Positions 1 through 8,851 of a stretch of DNA of 64,000 nt are shown here, piece by piece. Both the position numbers and the translations under genes were made by a program. The DNA comes from Acidimicrobiia bacterium (lineage in GTDB: Bacteria > Actinomycetota > Acidimicrobiia > Spongiisociales > ZC4RG35). The DNA lies in the NCBI GenBank assembly GCA_036556665.1, contig DATBIX010000077.1, forward strand, positions 9,257 to 73,256, given 5' to 3'. Positions within the stretch are counted from its first letter, which is position 1. Each line of letters starts with the position of its first letter. Below the pieces are notes generated by a model. The model was not told the origin of the DNA. It saw nothing but the letters and a program-made list of their open reading frames with translations, and did not search any database.

Positions 1-1
1 G

Positions 2-1771
2 GCGCTCATCGACCATCTCGGCCAGTTCGACATGGTGATCGTGCTCGACGGGTTCGAGCGCGTCGCCGACGGGGCCACGCACATCGCCACCATTCTGAGC
101 CGATGCCCGAAGCTGGCATTCCTGGTGACCAGCCGGGTCGCCCTGCGACTGGGGGCGGAACGGGAGCTCCGGGTCGAGCCGCTCGGCTGGGCCCATAGAG
201 GAGCCGGCTATGACGAGACCCTCGCCGCCCCGGCCGTCCGTCTCTTCGTCGATCGGGTCCGGACGGTGCGACCCGACTTCGAGCTGAACCCCGACAACGC
301 AGCCGCGATCCGGGATCTGGTGGAGCGCCTCGAAGGATGCCCGCTGTCGATCGAGCTCGCTGCGGCACGGGCACGTCTGCTCCCGCCGATCGCCATCCTC
401 GAGCGCCTCGGGGCCGTCCTCGACCTGTCGACCACCTCTGCCGAGCTGCCGGCACGACAGCGCTCCCTCCGGGCGACCATCGAATGGAGCCACGGCCTTC
501 TCTCCGAATCCGAGCAGAGGCTGTTCCGACGACTCGGTGTGTTCGTCGACGGGTGGGCGATCGAGGCGGCCGAGGCAATCGCCGGGGAGGACGCCCCCGA
601 CGTCTTCCTCGGGCTGGAGACACTCGTGGCCCAGAGCATGATCACGGTCGAGCCCGACGGTCGCATGGGCATGGGCACCGCCATGCGTGAGTTCTCATTG
701 GAGGAACTCGCCTCGGCCGGCGAGGAGGACCAGACCCGGCAGCTTCACGCCGAGCACTACGAGCGCGTCGTGGTCGAGAACGAGCCACTGCTGAGAGGCC
801 CGAGACAGCGGGAGACGGTCGCAACGCTGTCGCGCGACTGGCGCAATCTCCGCGCCGCGGCTGCCTGGGCTCTCGCAGCCGGCAAGGCCCAGATGGCGGG
901 GTCCTTGTATGTGCGCACGTGGATCGTGGCCTGGCAAGGTGACAACTGGTTCGACGCCGAGGCCTATACGGCTCAGATCATGAGGATCAGCGAGCAGCTC
1001 GATGTTCCTCTCAGGGCACGGGCCCTATTCGTTGCCGCGGGCACTCACATGGAGATGGGTGACCCCGAGACCGCAGTCGGCTTCGCCCGGCGTGCCATCG
1101 ACCTCTCTGCGAGCATCGCGGACAGGGACACCGAAGCCTGGTCCCGGCTCATGTTGGCCGGATCGCTCACTTTTGCAGATCCGCTGGATCAGACGGCTCG
1201 CGCCGAGGTCGAGAAGGCCGTCGAGTTGGCTCGGTCCATTGACGACCCGTTTCTTCTCGGCTACAGCCTCAGCTTCCACGGCGCGGTGGCGACCATCCAT
1301 GGCGAGCTGGCGATAGCCAAGGAGAACCAGGCCGAGGTGCTCGGCATCGCCCGAATCCTCGACAATGTCCCAATGATGAACCAGTGTCGTAGCCAGACCG
1401 CGATGACTCACCTGGTCGAAGGCGACCCGGTCGGTGCGCGCGCGGCATTGGAGGCAGCCGCCGAGAACCTGGATAGGTTGCGCAGCTTCGAGGGCCTGGC
1501 GCTCTTCCTCGATTCGGTCTCCTGGCTCTCTTTCGTCGAAGACGACAAGGTGAGGGCCATGACCGCCCTGGGCTGCGCCGACGCGATCCGGGGCAAGGTT
1601 GGCCTGGTTCGTTGGGCCATCGTCGCCGCGATGCTCCAGGCCGCAGGGGTGGCCGCCGAGGCCGAGAACCCCTCCCTCGCCGATGCCCGACACGCCGGCG
1701 CCGAGATGAGCCCGCAAGAGGCTATCACCTACGCCCTCGAGCCCCACCACGAGCTCGCCGGGGTGGCCTGA
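2..1771 (+). CDS. C-terminal part of a STAND-type (NB-ARC-like ATPase + helical/TPR repeat) regulatory protein; the 5' end lies outside the window
   Basis: The frame is open from nt 2 (ALIDHLGQFDMVIVLDGFE, a Walker-B-like hhhhD strand). It continues with LERLEGCPLSIELAAAR, typical of large AfsR/LuxR-type ATPases, and about 350 aa of helical repeats. No C-terminal HTH was seen. Confidence 0.7.
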   Translation, partial: ALIDHLGQFDMVIVLDGFERVADGATHIATILSRCPKLAFLVTSRVALRLGAERELRVEPLGWAHRGAGYDETLAAPAVRLFVDRVRTVRPDFELNPDNAAAIRDLVERLEGCPLSIELAAARARLLPPIAILERLGAVLDLSTTSAELPARQRSLRATIEWSHGLLSESEQRLFRRLGVFVDGWAIEAAEAIAGEDAPDVFLGLETLVAQSMITVEPDGRMGMGTAMREFSLEELASAGEEDQTRQLHAEHYERVVVENEPLLRGPRQRETVATLSRDWRNLRAAAAWALAAGKAQMAGSLYVRTWIVAWQGDNWFDAEAYTAQIMRISEQLDVPLRARALFVAAGTHMEMGDPETAVGFARRAIDLSASIADRDTEAWSRLMLAGSLTFADPLDQTARAEVEKAVELARSIDDPFLLGYSLSFHGAVATIHGELAIAKENQAEVLGIARILDNVPMMNQCRSQTAMTHLVEGDPVGARAALEAAAENLDRLRSFEGLALFLDSVSWLSFVEDDKVRAMTALGCADAIRGKVGLVRWAIVAAMLQAAGVAAEAENPSLADARHAGAEMSPQEAITYALEPHHELAGVA

Positions 1772-1840
1772 CCGAGGGCGGCTTGTCTCGGTTGTCCCTT
1801 GGAAGGTGTTGACTGGGACGGCAACGACGAAGGAGGACCA

Positions 1841-2302
1841 ATGGACACTGGCATCGCAGCGGATGCTCGCAAGGAGATCGCGGCGGGTCTGTCACGGTTG
1901 ATGGCGGACACATTCACCCTCTACCTTGCGACCCACGGCTATCACTGGAACGTGACCGGACCGCTCTTCCACTCTCTTCACCAGATGTTCGAGGAGCAAT
2001 ACCTGGAGTTGTGGGCTGCCGTCGACGTGATCGCCGAGAGGATCCGCGCACTCGACGCCATGGCGCCCGGCAGTTCCACCGAGATCGCGGCGCTGGCATC
2101 GGTCGACGAAGGTGGAGGGGCGCCCGAGGCGCTGGACATGGTGAAGAGACTGGTCGAGGGTCACGAGACGACGATTCGGACCGCCCGGGAGCTGGTCGAT
2201 ACCGCCGAACAGGCGGGTGACGTCGCCACCGCGGACCTCGCCACGGGGCGGATCGAGATCCACGAGAAGACGGCCTGGATGCTGCGCTCGATGGCTGCCT
2301 GA
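1841..2302 (+). CDS. dps: Dps family DNA-protection/ferritin-like protein
   Basis: HGYHWNVTGPLFHSLHQMFEEQY and the downstream four-helix pattern are typical of Dps. AGGAGG lies 6 nt upstream of ATG 1841. The track start at 1799 is an in-frame upstream extension. Confidence 0.9.
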   Translation: MDTGIAADARKEIAAGLSRLMADTFTLYLATHGYHWNVTGPLFHSLHQMFEEQYLELWAAVDVIAERIRALDAMAPGSSTEIAALASVDEGGGAPEALDMVKRLVEGHETTIRTARELVDTAEQAGDVATADLATGRIEIHEKTAWMLRSMAA

Positions 2303-2308
2303 CACCCG

Positions 2309-2755
2309 ATGGCGGCAGTGGACGTCGACACGTCCGACCTGTGGACATGCCCACTCTGTGGGAAGCGATTCGTGACGCGCAACATGTACCACTCCTGCGG
2401 GAAACACACGGTCGACGCATTCATGGAGGGCAAGGGGCCGGCAGCGTGGGCCTTTTGGGAGCGTCTCCAGGAGATGGTGGGGAGATGCGGCCCCTACTCG
2501 ATCGTGGCCAACAAGACTGGTCTGGCCTTCATGGTGCGGGTCCGATTCGCCGGCATGAGCGCCGTCTCCGAGCGAGGCATGAGCCTCAATTTCTGGCTGA
2601 AGCGCCGCATCGAGAGCCCTCGCTTTCGCAAGGTGGAGAGATACGGACGTCGCGACTGGGTCTACTTCCTGCGCCTGCCGACGCTGGAGGATCTCGACGA
2701 CGAGATCCAGGACTGGCTCTGCCAGTCGTACCTGGTCGGGTGCCAGCGCGGCTAG
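2309..2755 (+). CDS. Small conserved protein, zinc-ribbon-like N-terminus plus a DUF5655-like domain
   Basis: WTCPLCGKRF...YHSCGKH Cys/His cluster, then a basic beta-rich domain. It starts 6 nt after the dps stop. The family name is from memory only. Confidence 0.6.
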   Translation: MAAVDVDTSDLWTCPLCGKRFVTRNMYHSCGKHTVDAFMEGKGPAAWAFWERLQEMVGRCGPYSIVANKTGLAFMVRVRFAGMSAVSERGMSLNFWLKRRIESPRFRKVERYGRRDWVYFLRLPTLEDLDDEIQDWLCQSYLVGCQRG

Positions 2756-4116
2756 CCCGCCGGAGGGATGTTCTGATTCAGCCGGAAGAGGTTGGTCGGG
2801 TCGTAACGACGCTTGATCTCGCGTAGCCGGTCCCAGGTCGCCCCCGGGTAGGCGGCCCGGACCCGGTCCGGGCCTTCGTCGCCGAGGAAGTTGACGTATG
2901 CCTCGTCCCCGCCTCCCAAGGCGGCGGCCAGGTCGTCGGTCCAGGCCTGACGGGAAGGGGCCTCGGCAGGATCCTGATACATGCATGCCACGTTGAGCAT
3001 GATCCGCCGCTGCCGGTGGGCGTACGCGGTTGCATCGTCCGGGATGCGCGCGATGGCACCGCCCAGCACTCTGATCTGGGTCACAGCCATCATGGCGTCC
3101 GATATTTCGAGTTGTGAGACGATGGACTTTGCCGCCGTCTCGTCGAACGAGTCCGAGTACAGGGAGCGCACCGCGAACTGGACTTCCTCCGGGCCCTCCT
3201 CCTCTCCCATCATCTGGTAGATGGACGGGTACTCCATGGGGCCCACCATGTCCGCGAGTGGCGTCGCCAACCCGCGGAAGGGAGCAACCGCTCGCTCCCC
3301 GGATGCGGAGTCGCCGGCGTGGACCAGGATGGCAAACACCACTATCTGACCGTGCTGATCCTCGGGGAGGAAGGGCATTGGGGGAGCGGGCATCACGTTG
3401 GCGATGGTGGAGAGCTCCTCAGGGGCAGCCTCAGCCGCCTGGACGAAGCCGTTGATCACATCGGGGGTCCCGGGGAGGATCAACATGCCGCCAAAGACCT
3501 CGCTGACGTCGTGAAGGCGGAGTTTGAACCGGGTGGCCACACCGAAGTTGCCGCCGCCACCCCGAATCGCCCAGAAGAGGTCGGGATGCGAGGTGGGGTG
3601 GACCTCGAGGATCTCACCGTCGGCCGTGACCATCTCTGCGGCGAGAAGCGAGTCGATGGTGAGTCCGTGCTTGCGGCTCAGGAACCCGACCCCGCCGCCG
3701 AGTGTGATGCCTCCGAGCCCAACGGTGCCTGCGTCGCCGAAGCCGGTGGCGAGGCCGTGGGCACCCACCCGGGTCGTGTACTCGGCTGCAGTGAGCCCGG
3801 CTCCTGCCCAGGCGCTCCGGTCGTCGACGTCGATGTCGAGTCCCACCAGACTGGAGAGGTCGAGGTTGACCCCACCCTCGGAGACGCCCAGCCCGGCCAA
3901 GCTGTGGCCGCCCCCGCGCACCCCCAACTCGGTGCCGGTCTCCCGGGCCATCGTCACCACCACCGAGACATCGGCGGAATCAGCCGGCCGCACCACTGCC
4001 GCCGGGCGCCTGTCCACCCCGTAGTAGGTGGCGCGGCTCTCGTCGTAGCCATCGTCACCGGGAGCGATCACCTCGCCCTTGACCCCGGTGCGCAGCTCTT
4101 CGATGGAAAAGGTCAT
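2752..4116 (-). CDS. FAD-linked oxidase (FAD_binding_4 / berberine-bridge-like C-terminus)
   Basis: RGGGHSLAGLG FAD-binding motif and C-terminal YDPTNLFRLNQNI BBE-like tail. AGGAGA precedes ATG 4116; GTG 4140 is an alternative start. Confidence 0.85.
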   Translation of the reverse strand: MTFSIEELRTGVKGEVIAPGDDGYDESRATYYGVDRRPAAVVRPADSADVSVVVTMARETGTELGVRGGGHSLAGLGVSEGGVNLDLSSLVGLDIDVDDRSAWAGAGLTAAEYTTRVGAHGLATGFGDAGTVGLGGITLGGGVGFLSRKHGLTIDSLLAAEMVTADGEILEVHPTSHPDLFWAIRGGGGNFGVATRFKLRLHDVSEVFGGMLILPGTPDVINGFVQAAEAAPEELSTIANVMPAPPMPFLPEDQHGQIVVFAILVHAGDSASGERAVAPFRGLATPLADMVGPMEYPSIYQMMGEEEGPEEVQFAVRSLYSDSFDETAAKSIVSQLEISDAMMAVTQIRVLGGAIARIPDDATAYAHRQRRIMLNVACMYQDPAEAPSRQAWTDDLAAALGGGDEAYVNFLGDEGPDRVRAAYPGATWDRLREIKRRYDPTNLFRLNQNIPPAG

Positions 4117-4166
4117 GGTCTCTCCTGGCGTGATGACCACACCCAGGTTACCGGTGGCTCGTTTAA

Positions 4167-5519
4167 TCAGAGCTGGCCCGAGGATGAGCCGGACGCGACC
4201 GAGCCCAGGTAGCCCGGCTCGTCGTAGCGAGAAGGCAGGAAGGCGGCCGCGTGCTCGGGGAGAGGTGCCCCGATGACGTGACGGGCGACGAGGTCTCCCG
4301 CCCCGGCGGCGACCATCACCCCGAAGCCCGAGTACCCGACGGCGACATGGAACCCGGTCGGCCCGATCGGCCCGATCAGGGGGCGGTTCTCCCTCGTCTT
4401 CGTGTAGTAGCCGCCGTCGACGGACGAGGCAGGGAGCCGGTCGAGGTAGACGGAGAGGCCCGGCACCATCGTGACCAGGCCTCTCATCACCACCTCGGGG
4501 AACAGCTCGTCCTCGGGAACGGGCCAGACCGGCTCTTCGACCTTTCCGTGGTATTCCCAGAGGGCGAGGAGGTAAGGGGAGTCTGCCCCGCCCTCGGGAC
4601 GGCCGTGGCAGTAGATCGGCATCTCGTCGAGGAGATCCATGCGTCCCAGCCCGGCCAGCTCTCGGCGCTCCTCTTCGCTCCAGGGGATGGTCTGGGGATC
4701 ACTCCATATGAACATCGGGGCGTCGCGGGGGACGATCCTCTGGTGCTCCCGGAAGGCGACCTTGTGGTGCAGCTCGGAAAAGAGAGGCAGTTCGACTCCG
4801 ACCATCGCACCGATCTTCCCGGCGAGGGGGCCGCCGGCGTTCACTATGGCCGGAGCCTCGATCCGGCCGCCACTGGCCAGGATCCCAGCCTTGACCGACT
4901 CGCCGGCCACGTCGATGCCCACCACTTCGTCGGCAACCAGCTCGAGCCCGGCTTCCCTCGCCCGGCTGAGCATCCATGCTCCGAGCTGTTGGGCGCTGAA
5001 CCAGCCGGCCCTCCTCACGTGGATTGCCCCCACCGCCCGTTCCGTGATGAAAGGGAAATGACTGCGCACCGTGTCGGGCCCCACCAGGATGTCGGCTCCC
5101 TCCGGGGACCCGTGGAACCCCTCCGAGGGGGAGTTTCGATAGGGGATCGGCCCGGGATGGAGCCGGACCGGTCCGGCTCCAAGTGTCGAGATGTGATGGG
5201 CGTCTTCGAACATGCGCTGGAAACGCTCCTTTTCCCCTGTCACGAACAGATAGCCGCGTCTGTTCAGCCCGAATGCGTTCCCCGACACCGTTGCCATGTG
5301 CTCGAGGAGGTCGATGGATCGGTTCATGAGTTGGACCATCGGCTTGCTCGGCCACCAGTTGCGATAGCACTCCGTGGACTTGTCGGAGGTGAGCGTCAGC
5401 GGCGGGCGGGAATCGACCAGGACGACCCGTCCCACGCCCTGTTCCACCGCCAGCTCGTAGGCCGCGGCCACCCCGGCTATCCCGGCGCCGATGACCAGAA
5501 CCTCGGCGGAACGTCTCAT
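4167..5519 (-). CDS. FAD-dependent oxidoreductase (DAO / glycine-D-amino-acid oxidase-like family)
   Basis: N-terminal Rossmann motif VLVIGAGIAGVAAAYELA. The start lies 1 nt after the tkt stop. Confidence 0.85.
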   Translation of the reverse strand: MRRSAEVLVIGAGIAGVAAAYELAVEQGVGRVVLVDSRPPLTLTSDKSTECYRNWWPSKPMVQLMNRSIDLLEHMATVSGNAFGLNRRGYLFVTGEKERFQRMFEDAHHISTLGAGPVRLHPGPIPYRNSPSEGFHGSPEGADILVGPDTVRSHFPFITERAVGAIHVRRAGWFSAQQLGAWMLSRAREAGLELVADEVVGIDVAGESVKAGILASGGRIEAPAIVNAGGPLAGKIGAMVGVELPLFSELHHKVAFREHQRIVPRDAPMFIWSDPQTIPWSEEERRELAGLGRMDLLDEMPIYCHGRPEGGADSPYLLALWEYHGKVEEPVWPVPEDELFPEVVMRGLVTMVPGLSVYLDRLPASSVDGGYYTKTRENRPLIGPIGPTGFHVAVGYSGFGVMVAAGAGDLVARHVIGAPLPEHAAAFLPSRYDEPGYLGSVASGSSSGQL

Positions 5520-5520
5520 C

Positions 5521-7467
5521 TCACGTCGAGAGATGGTTGCGGACCTTGGCCGCCACCTGTGGCCCGGTGAACCCGAGTTGCTCGGAGATCACGGCATCGG
5601 GGGCGGAAGCCCCGAAGTGGTCGATCCCGATGATGAGCCCACCGGTACCGACGACTCGCTCCCAGCCGAAGGTGGAGCCCGCCTCGATGGCGACGCGGGG
5701 GGCCTCGCCCAGCGTCTCTGTCCGATACTGGTCGCTCTGGGCGTGGAAGAGCTCCCAGCAGGGCAGGCTCACCACCCGGGCCGAGACCCCCTCCGACTCG
5801 AGGAGGTCGGCTGCGTCGAGGGCGACGTGGAGCTCGGATCCGGTTGCGAAGAGCGTCACGTCATCGCCGTCCCGGAAGACATACCCACCACGAGCCACGC
5901 CGTCCCGCTTCGACTCGAGAACGGGCACGTCCTGCCGGGTGAGCACCAGGGCCACCGGGCCGTCAAAGCGGTTGAGGGCCATCTCCCAGGCGGCGACGGT
6001 CTCGTTGGCATCGGCCGGCCTGATCACCCACAGGTTCGGCATCGCCCGCAGCGAGGCGAGATGCTCGATGGGCTGGTGTGTGGGGCCGTCCTCGCCGAGG
6101 AACACCGAATCATGGGTCCAGATCCAGATCGAGGGTGCCTGCATCAGTGCCGAGAGACGCACCGCCGGTCTCATGTAGTCACTGAAGACGAAGAACGTGG
6201 CTGCATAGGGGCGAAGGCCGCCGTGCACCGCCATCCCATTGGTGATGCAACCCATGGCGTGCTCTCTCACCCCGAATGCGATGTCCCGGGCCGCCGGTTG
6301 CGCCGCGGAGAACCGAACCGAGGGGTGGATCACCGTCTTGGTCGAAGCCACCAGATCGGCCGACCCGCCGATGAAGCCGGGGACCTTGGAGGCGATCTCG
6401 GCGAACATCTTCCCGGATGCGGACCTGGTGGCCAGCTTCCCGCCCACCTCGAACCCGGGTCCCTCGAGCTCCACACGGGAAGGGTTGTGCAGCTCGTCCC
6501 ACAGGCGTCTCTCCTCATCCGAGGCGGCGTCGAACCGCTTCCGCCATCGGGAGTGCTCCTCCCGTCCCCAGGCCATGGCCGACTCGAAGTAGTCGTAGAC
6601 CTCTGGCTCCACGTAGAAGGTGGGGTCGATCGGGTAGTCCATGAGCTTCTTGGTCAGCTCGATCTCCTCCTCCCCGAGCGGCGATCCATGCGCCTCGGCG
6701 GTGTCCTGGGCGTTGGGTGCACCGTGGGCGATGTGGGTGTGGCACACGATGAGCGACGGCCGGTCCTCGAGCCCGATGGCGGCCTCGGTCGCCTCCGCGA
6801 TCGCCTCCCGGTCGTGGCCGTCGATCTCCTGGGTGTGCCATCCCTGGGCATCGAACCGCCCGACCACGTCCTCTGTGAAGGTGACGTCGGTGGACCCGTC
6901 GATCGAGATGTCGTTGTCGTCGTAGAAGTAGATCAGCCGCCCCAGGCCGAAATGACCGGCCAGCGAGCCTGCCTCGGCGCTGACCCCCTCCATGAGGTCG
7001 CCGTCGGAGACGAACCCGAAGGTGCGATGATCGACCAGGTCCTGGCCGAGCCTCGCCCGCAGGTGCATCTCTGCAATGGCCATCCCCACCCCGGTGGCGA
7101 AACCCTGCCCGAGCGGGCCGGTGGTCATCTCGATCCCGATGGCCTGATCGATCTCGGGATGGCCGGCAGTGTGACTTCCCCACTGCCGGAAGCTGCGCAG
7201 ATCGTCGAGGGTTAGGGGAAAGCCGGCGAGGTGGAGCAGCGAGTAGAGCAGCATCGAGCCATGGCCGTTGGAGAGCACGAAACGATCCCGGTCCGGCCAG
7301 TCGGGGTGATCGGGATCCACCTTCAGGAACCGCCCCCACAGGGTCACCGCGATATCGGCCATCCCCATCGGCATTCCGGGATGCCCGCTCCTCGCCTTCT
7401 GGACCGCGTCCATGGCCAGGGCCTTCATCGTGTTGACGACCAGCTGCTCGGACCCGTTGCTATCCAT
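5521..7467 (-). CDS. tkt: Transketolase
   Basis: NTMKALAMDAVQKARSGHPGMPMGMADIA, GEDGPTHQPIEHLASLRAMPN and overall length are characteristic of transketolase. Confidence 0.95.
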   Translation of the reverse strand: MDSNGSEQLVVNTMKALAMDAVQKARSGHPGMPMGMADIAVTLWGRFLKVDPDHPDWPDRDRFVLSNGHGSMLLYSLLHLAGFPLTLDDLRSFRQWGSHTAGHPEIDQAIGIEMTTGPLGQGFATGVGMAIAEMHLRARLGQDLVDHRTFGFVSDGDLMEGVSAEAGSLAGHFGLGRLIYFYDDNDISIDGSTDVTFTEDVVGRFDAQGWHTQEIDGHDREAIAEATEAAIGLEDRPSLIVCHTHIAHGAPNAQDTAEAHGSPLGEEEIELTKKLMDYPIDPTFYVEPEVYDYFESAMAWGREEHSRWRKRFDAASDEERRLWDELHNPSRVELEGPGFEVGGKLATRSASGKMFAEIASKVPGFIGGSADLVASTKTVIHPSVRFSAAQPAARDIAFGVREHAMGCITNGMAVHGGLRPYAATFFVFSDYMRPAVRLSALMQAPSIWIWTHDSVFLGEDGPTHQPIEHLASLRAMPNLWVIRPADANETVAAWEMALNRFDGPVALVLTRQDVPVLESKRDGVARGGYVFRDGDDVTLFATGSELHVALDAADLLESEGVSARVVSLPCWELFHAQSDQYRTETLGEAPRVAIEAGSTFGWERVVGTGGLIIGIDHFGASAPDAVISEQLGFTGPQVAAKVRNHLST

Positions 7468-7515
7468 CCAGGCGAGGGTACCGCCGGCGTAGCCTGTCGC
7501 CGGGCCGAATCGGCT

Positions 7516-8274
7516 CTACCCGCCCGGCCGGCACACCTGACAGGGTCGGAATCCCGAGGAACGGGCCGCATGGGTGCTGGTGAAGTCGACGACGTTGCCC
7601 GGCTTGGAGCGTCTGATCCGATGGCATGACGGATGGCAGTAGACGTGGGTGGAGGTGTTGCCCTGCACCCGCACGTGATGCTCGGCCAGCTCGACGAGGT
7701 GAGCCGGATCCACGCCCTCGTGTGTGAGCAGCTCCCACTTGTTGCCCGGCCCGCCCAGCGAGTACTCCCCGATGTGGCCGTCCGAGCGGACGACCCGATG
7801 GCACGGGATTATCAGAGGGATCGGGTTGCGGGCCATGGTCGACCCGACCGCTCGCGCCGCTTCCGGTCGGTTCGCCTCCTTGGCCAGCCATCCGTAGGGT
7901 CGCACCTCGCCGCGGGGGATCGAGGCCGCGATCTTGAGGATCTGAGCCTGGAACGGAGTCCGCGAGCTGAGATCGACCGGGAGCTTGCCCGGAGTCCCGG
8001 CCTCGAGGGCGATCGGGATGTGCCTTCCCCAGGCCGAGGGAGGCTCCGCCCGGAGCAGTCGGCGACCGTGACGCTCGGAGAAGCGGTTGGCGTAGCCCTC
8101 GGTGGCGAGGTCGACGGATGAGACACCCTCGACGTTGAATGTGACCACCACCTCGCCCACCGGCGACGGGTAGAGGTCGAATCCGTCGGCGAGCCGGGTG
8201 CCCAGGGCCACCCCCTCGCTGATTCCGTCCGGGAGGCCGCCGGCGAGCCCGGCCAGTTGCTGTTCGATGCTCAT
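7516..8274 (-). CDS. Methylated-DNA--protein-cysteine methyltransferase (Ogt/MGMT) fused to a C-terminal Ada-type zinc-binding domain
   Basis: MGMT active site NPIPLIIPCHRVV. The C-terminal VYCHPSC...GFRPCQVCRP aligns with E. coli Ada N-domain FCRPSC...GFRPCKRCQP (4 Cys). Start ATG 8274 overlaps the sigma-factor stop (ATGA). The track ORF extends further upstream, but that part overlaps the sigma gene. Confidence 0.85.
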   Translation of the reverse strand: MSIEQQLAGLAGGLPDGISEGVALGTRLADGFDLYPSPVGEVVVTFNVEGVSSVDLATEGYANRFSERHGRRLLRAEPPSAWGRHIPIALEAGTPGKLPVDLSSRTPFQAQILKIAASIPRGEVRPYGWLAKEANRPEAARAVGSTMARNPIPLIIPCHRVVRSDGHIGEYSLGGPGNKWELLTHEGVDPAHLVELAEHHVRVQGNTSTHVYCHPSCHRIRRSKPGNVVDFTSTHAARSSGFRPCQVCRPGG

Positions 8275-8789
8275 GATTCCTGCTCCATCAGTTGCTTGAG
8301 TCGTGCCAGTCCTCGATGGATGTCGGCCTTCACGGTCCCCTGCGGGCGACCGGTGGCCTCTGCGATCTCCGCTACCCCCATCCCCACCACATGGCGCAGG
8401 ACGACGGCGGTGCGCTGCGGCTTGGTGAGCCCAGCCATTCTCCGGTCCCAGGCGGCGGAATCGGGCACCTCCGGGTCGGTCACCCCGTGCTCGCCGACTT
8501 CGACGAAGGTCGGCCGGCGCGATCGACTGCGGAGGTGGTTGCGACCCAGGTTCAGTGCGATGGTCCACAACCATGGGGAGAGCCTCAGTTCTGCGAACCT
8601 CTCACCGTCGAACCCACCCATCGCCCGATAGGCCCTGATGAAGGTCTCCTGGGTCAGGTCCTCGGCCTCCTGATGATCGCCACAGAGTCTCCTCAGACCC
8701 CAGTAGAGCCCGGGGCCCGCCTGCTCGACCAGCGCCGGGAAGGCGCGATCGAGGTCGGCGGCCAGTGACGCGGTCAGGTCATCCATCAT
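8271..8789 (-). CDS. ECF-type sigma-70 family RNA polymerase sigma factor
   Basis: Region 2 EAEDLTQETFIRAYRAMGGF and region 4 RTAVVLRHVVGMGVAEIAEATGRPQGTVKADIHRGLARLK. Start chosen at MMDD (8789/8786), giving about 172 aa. The longer start at 8897 would overlap the divergent gene. Confidence 0.85.
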   Translation of the reverse strand: MMDDLTASLAADLDRAFPALVEQAGPGLYWGLRRLCGDHQEAEDLTQETFIRAYRAMGGFDGERFAELRLSPWLWTIALNLGRNHLRSRSRRPTFVEVGEHGVTDPEVPDSAAWDRRMAGLTKPQRTAVVLRHVVGMGVAEIAEATGRPQGTVKADIHRGLARLKQLMEQES

Positions 8790-8851
8790 CGGAGAGAACA
8801 CCGGAGGCGAAGATCCGGTTGCACGATCCGCACCGTACTTAGATAACGACG

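Noticed and set aside
5491-7215. A 574-aa ORF on the plus strand antisense to transketolase. Similar long antisense ORFs occur at 15516-17021, 16916-18061, 20488-21498, 25402-26604, 33190-34464, 42399-43889, 45675-46658, 55615-56778, 58139-59581 and 60599-61588.
   Set aside because: Each lies opposite a gene with unmistakable family motifs. Their translations are Arg/Gly/Pro/Asp/His-rich low-complexity sequence with no motifs. Stop-free antisense frames are expected in GC-rich DNA.
8790-8851. An ECF-type autoregulatory promoter (AAC-N16/17-CGT) upstream of the sigma gene, and a TTGCAC/TAGATA promoter giving a leaderless transcript for the divergent membrane gene.
   Set aside because: The GCAAC word is followed at the expected distance by GTGTT rather than a CGT-type -10. 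The plus-strand hexamers have a suboptimal spacer of about 15 nt. The support is too weak to annotate without TSS data.
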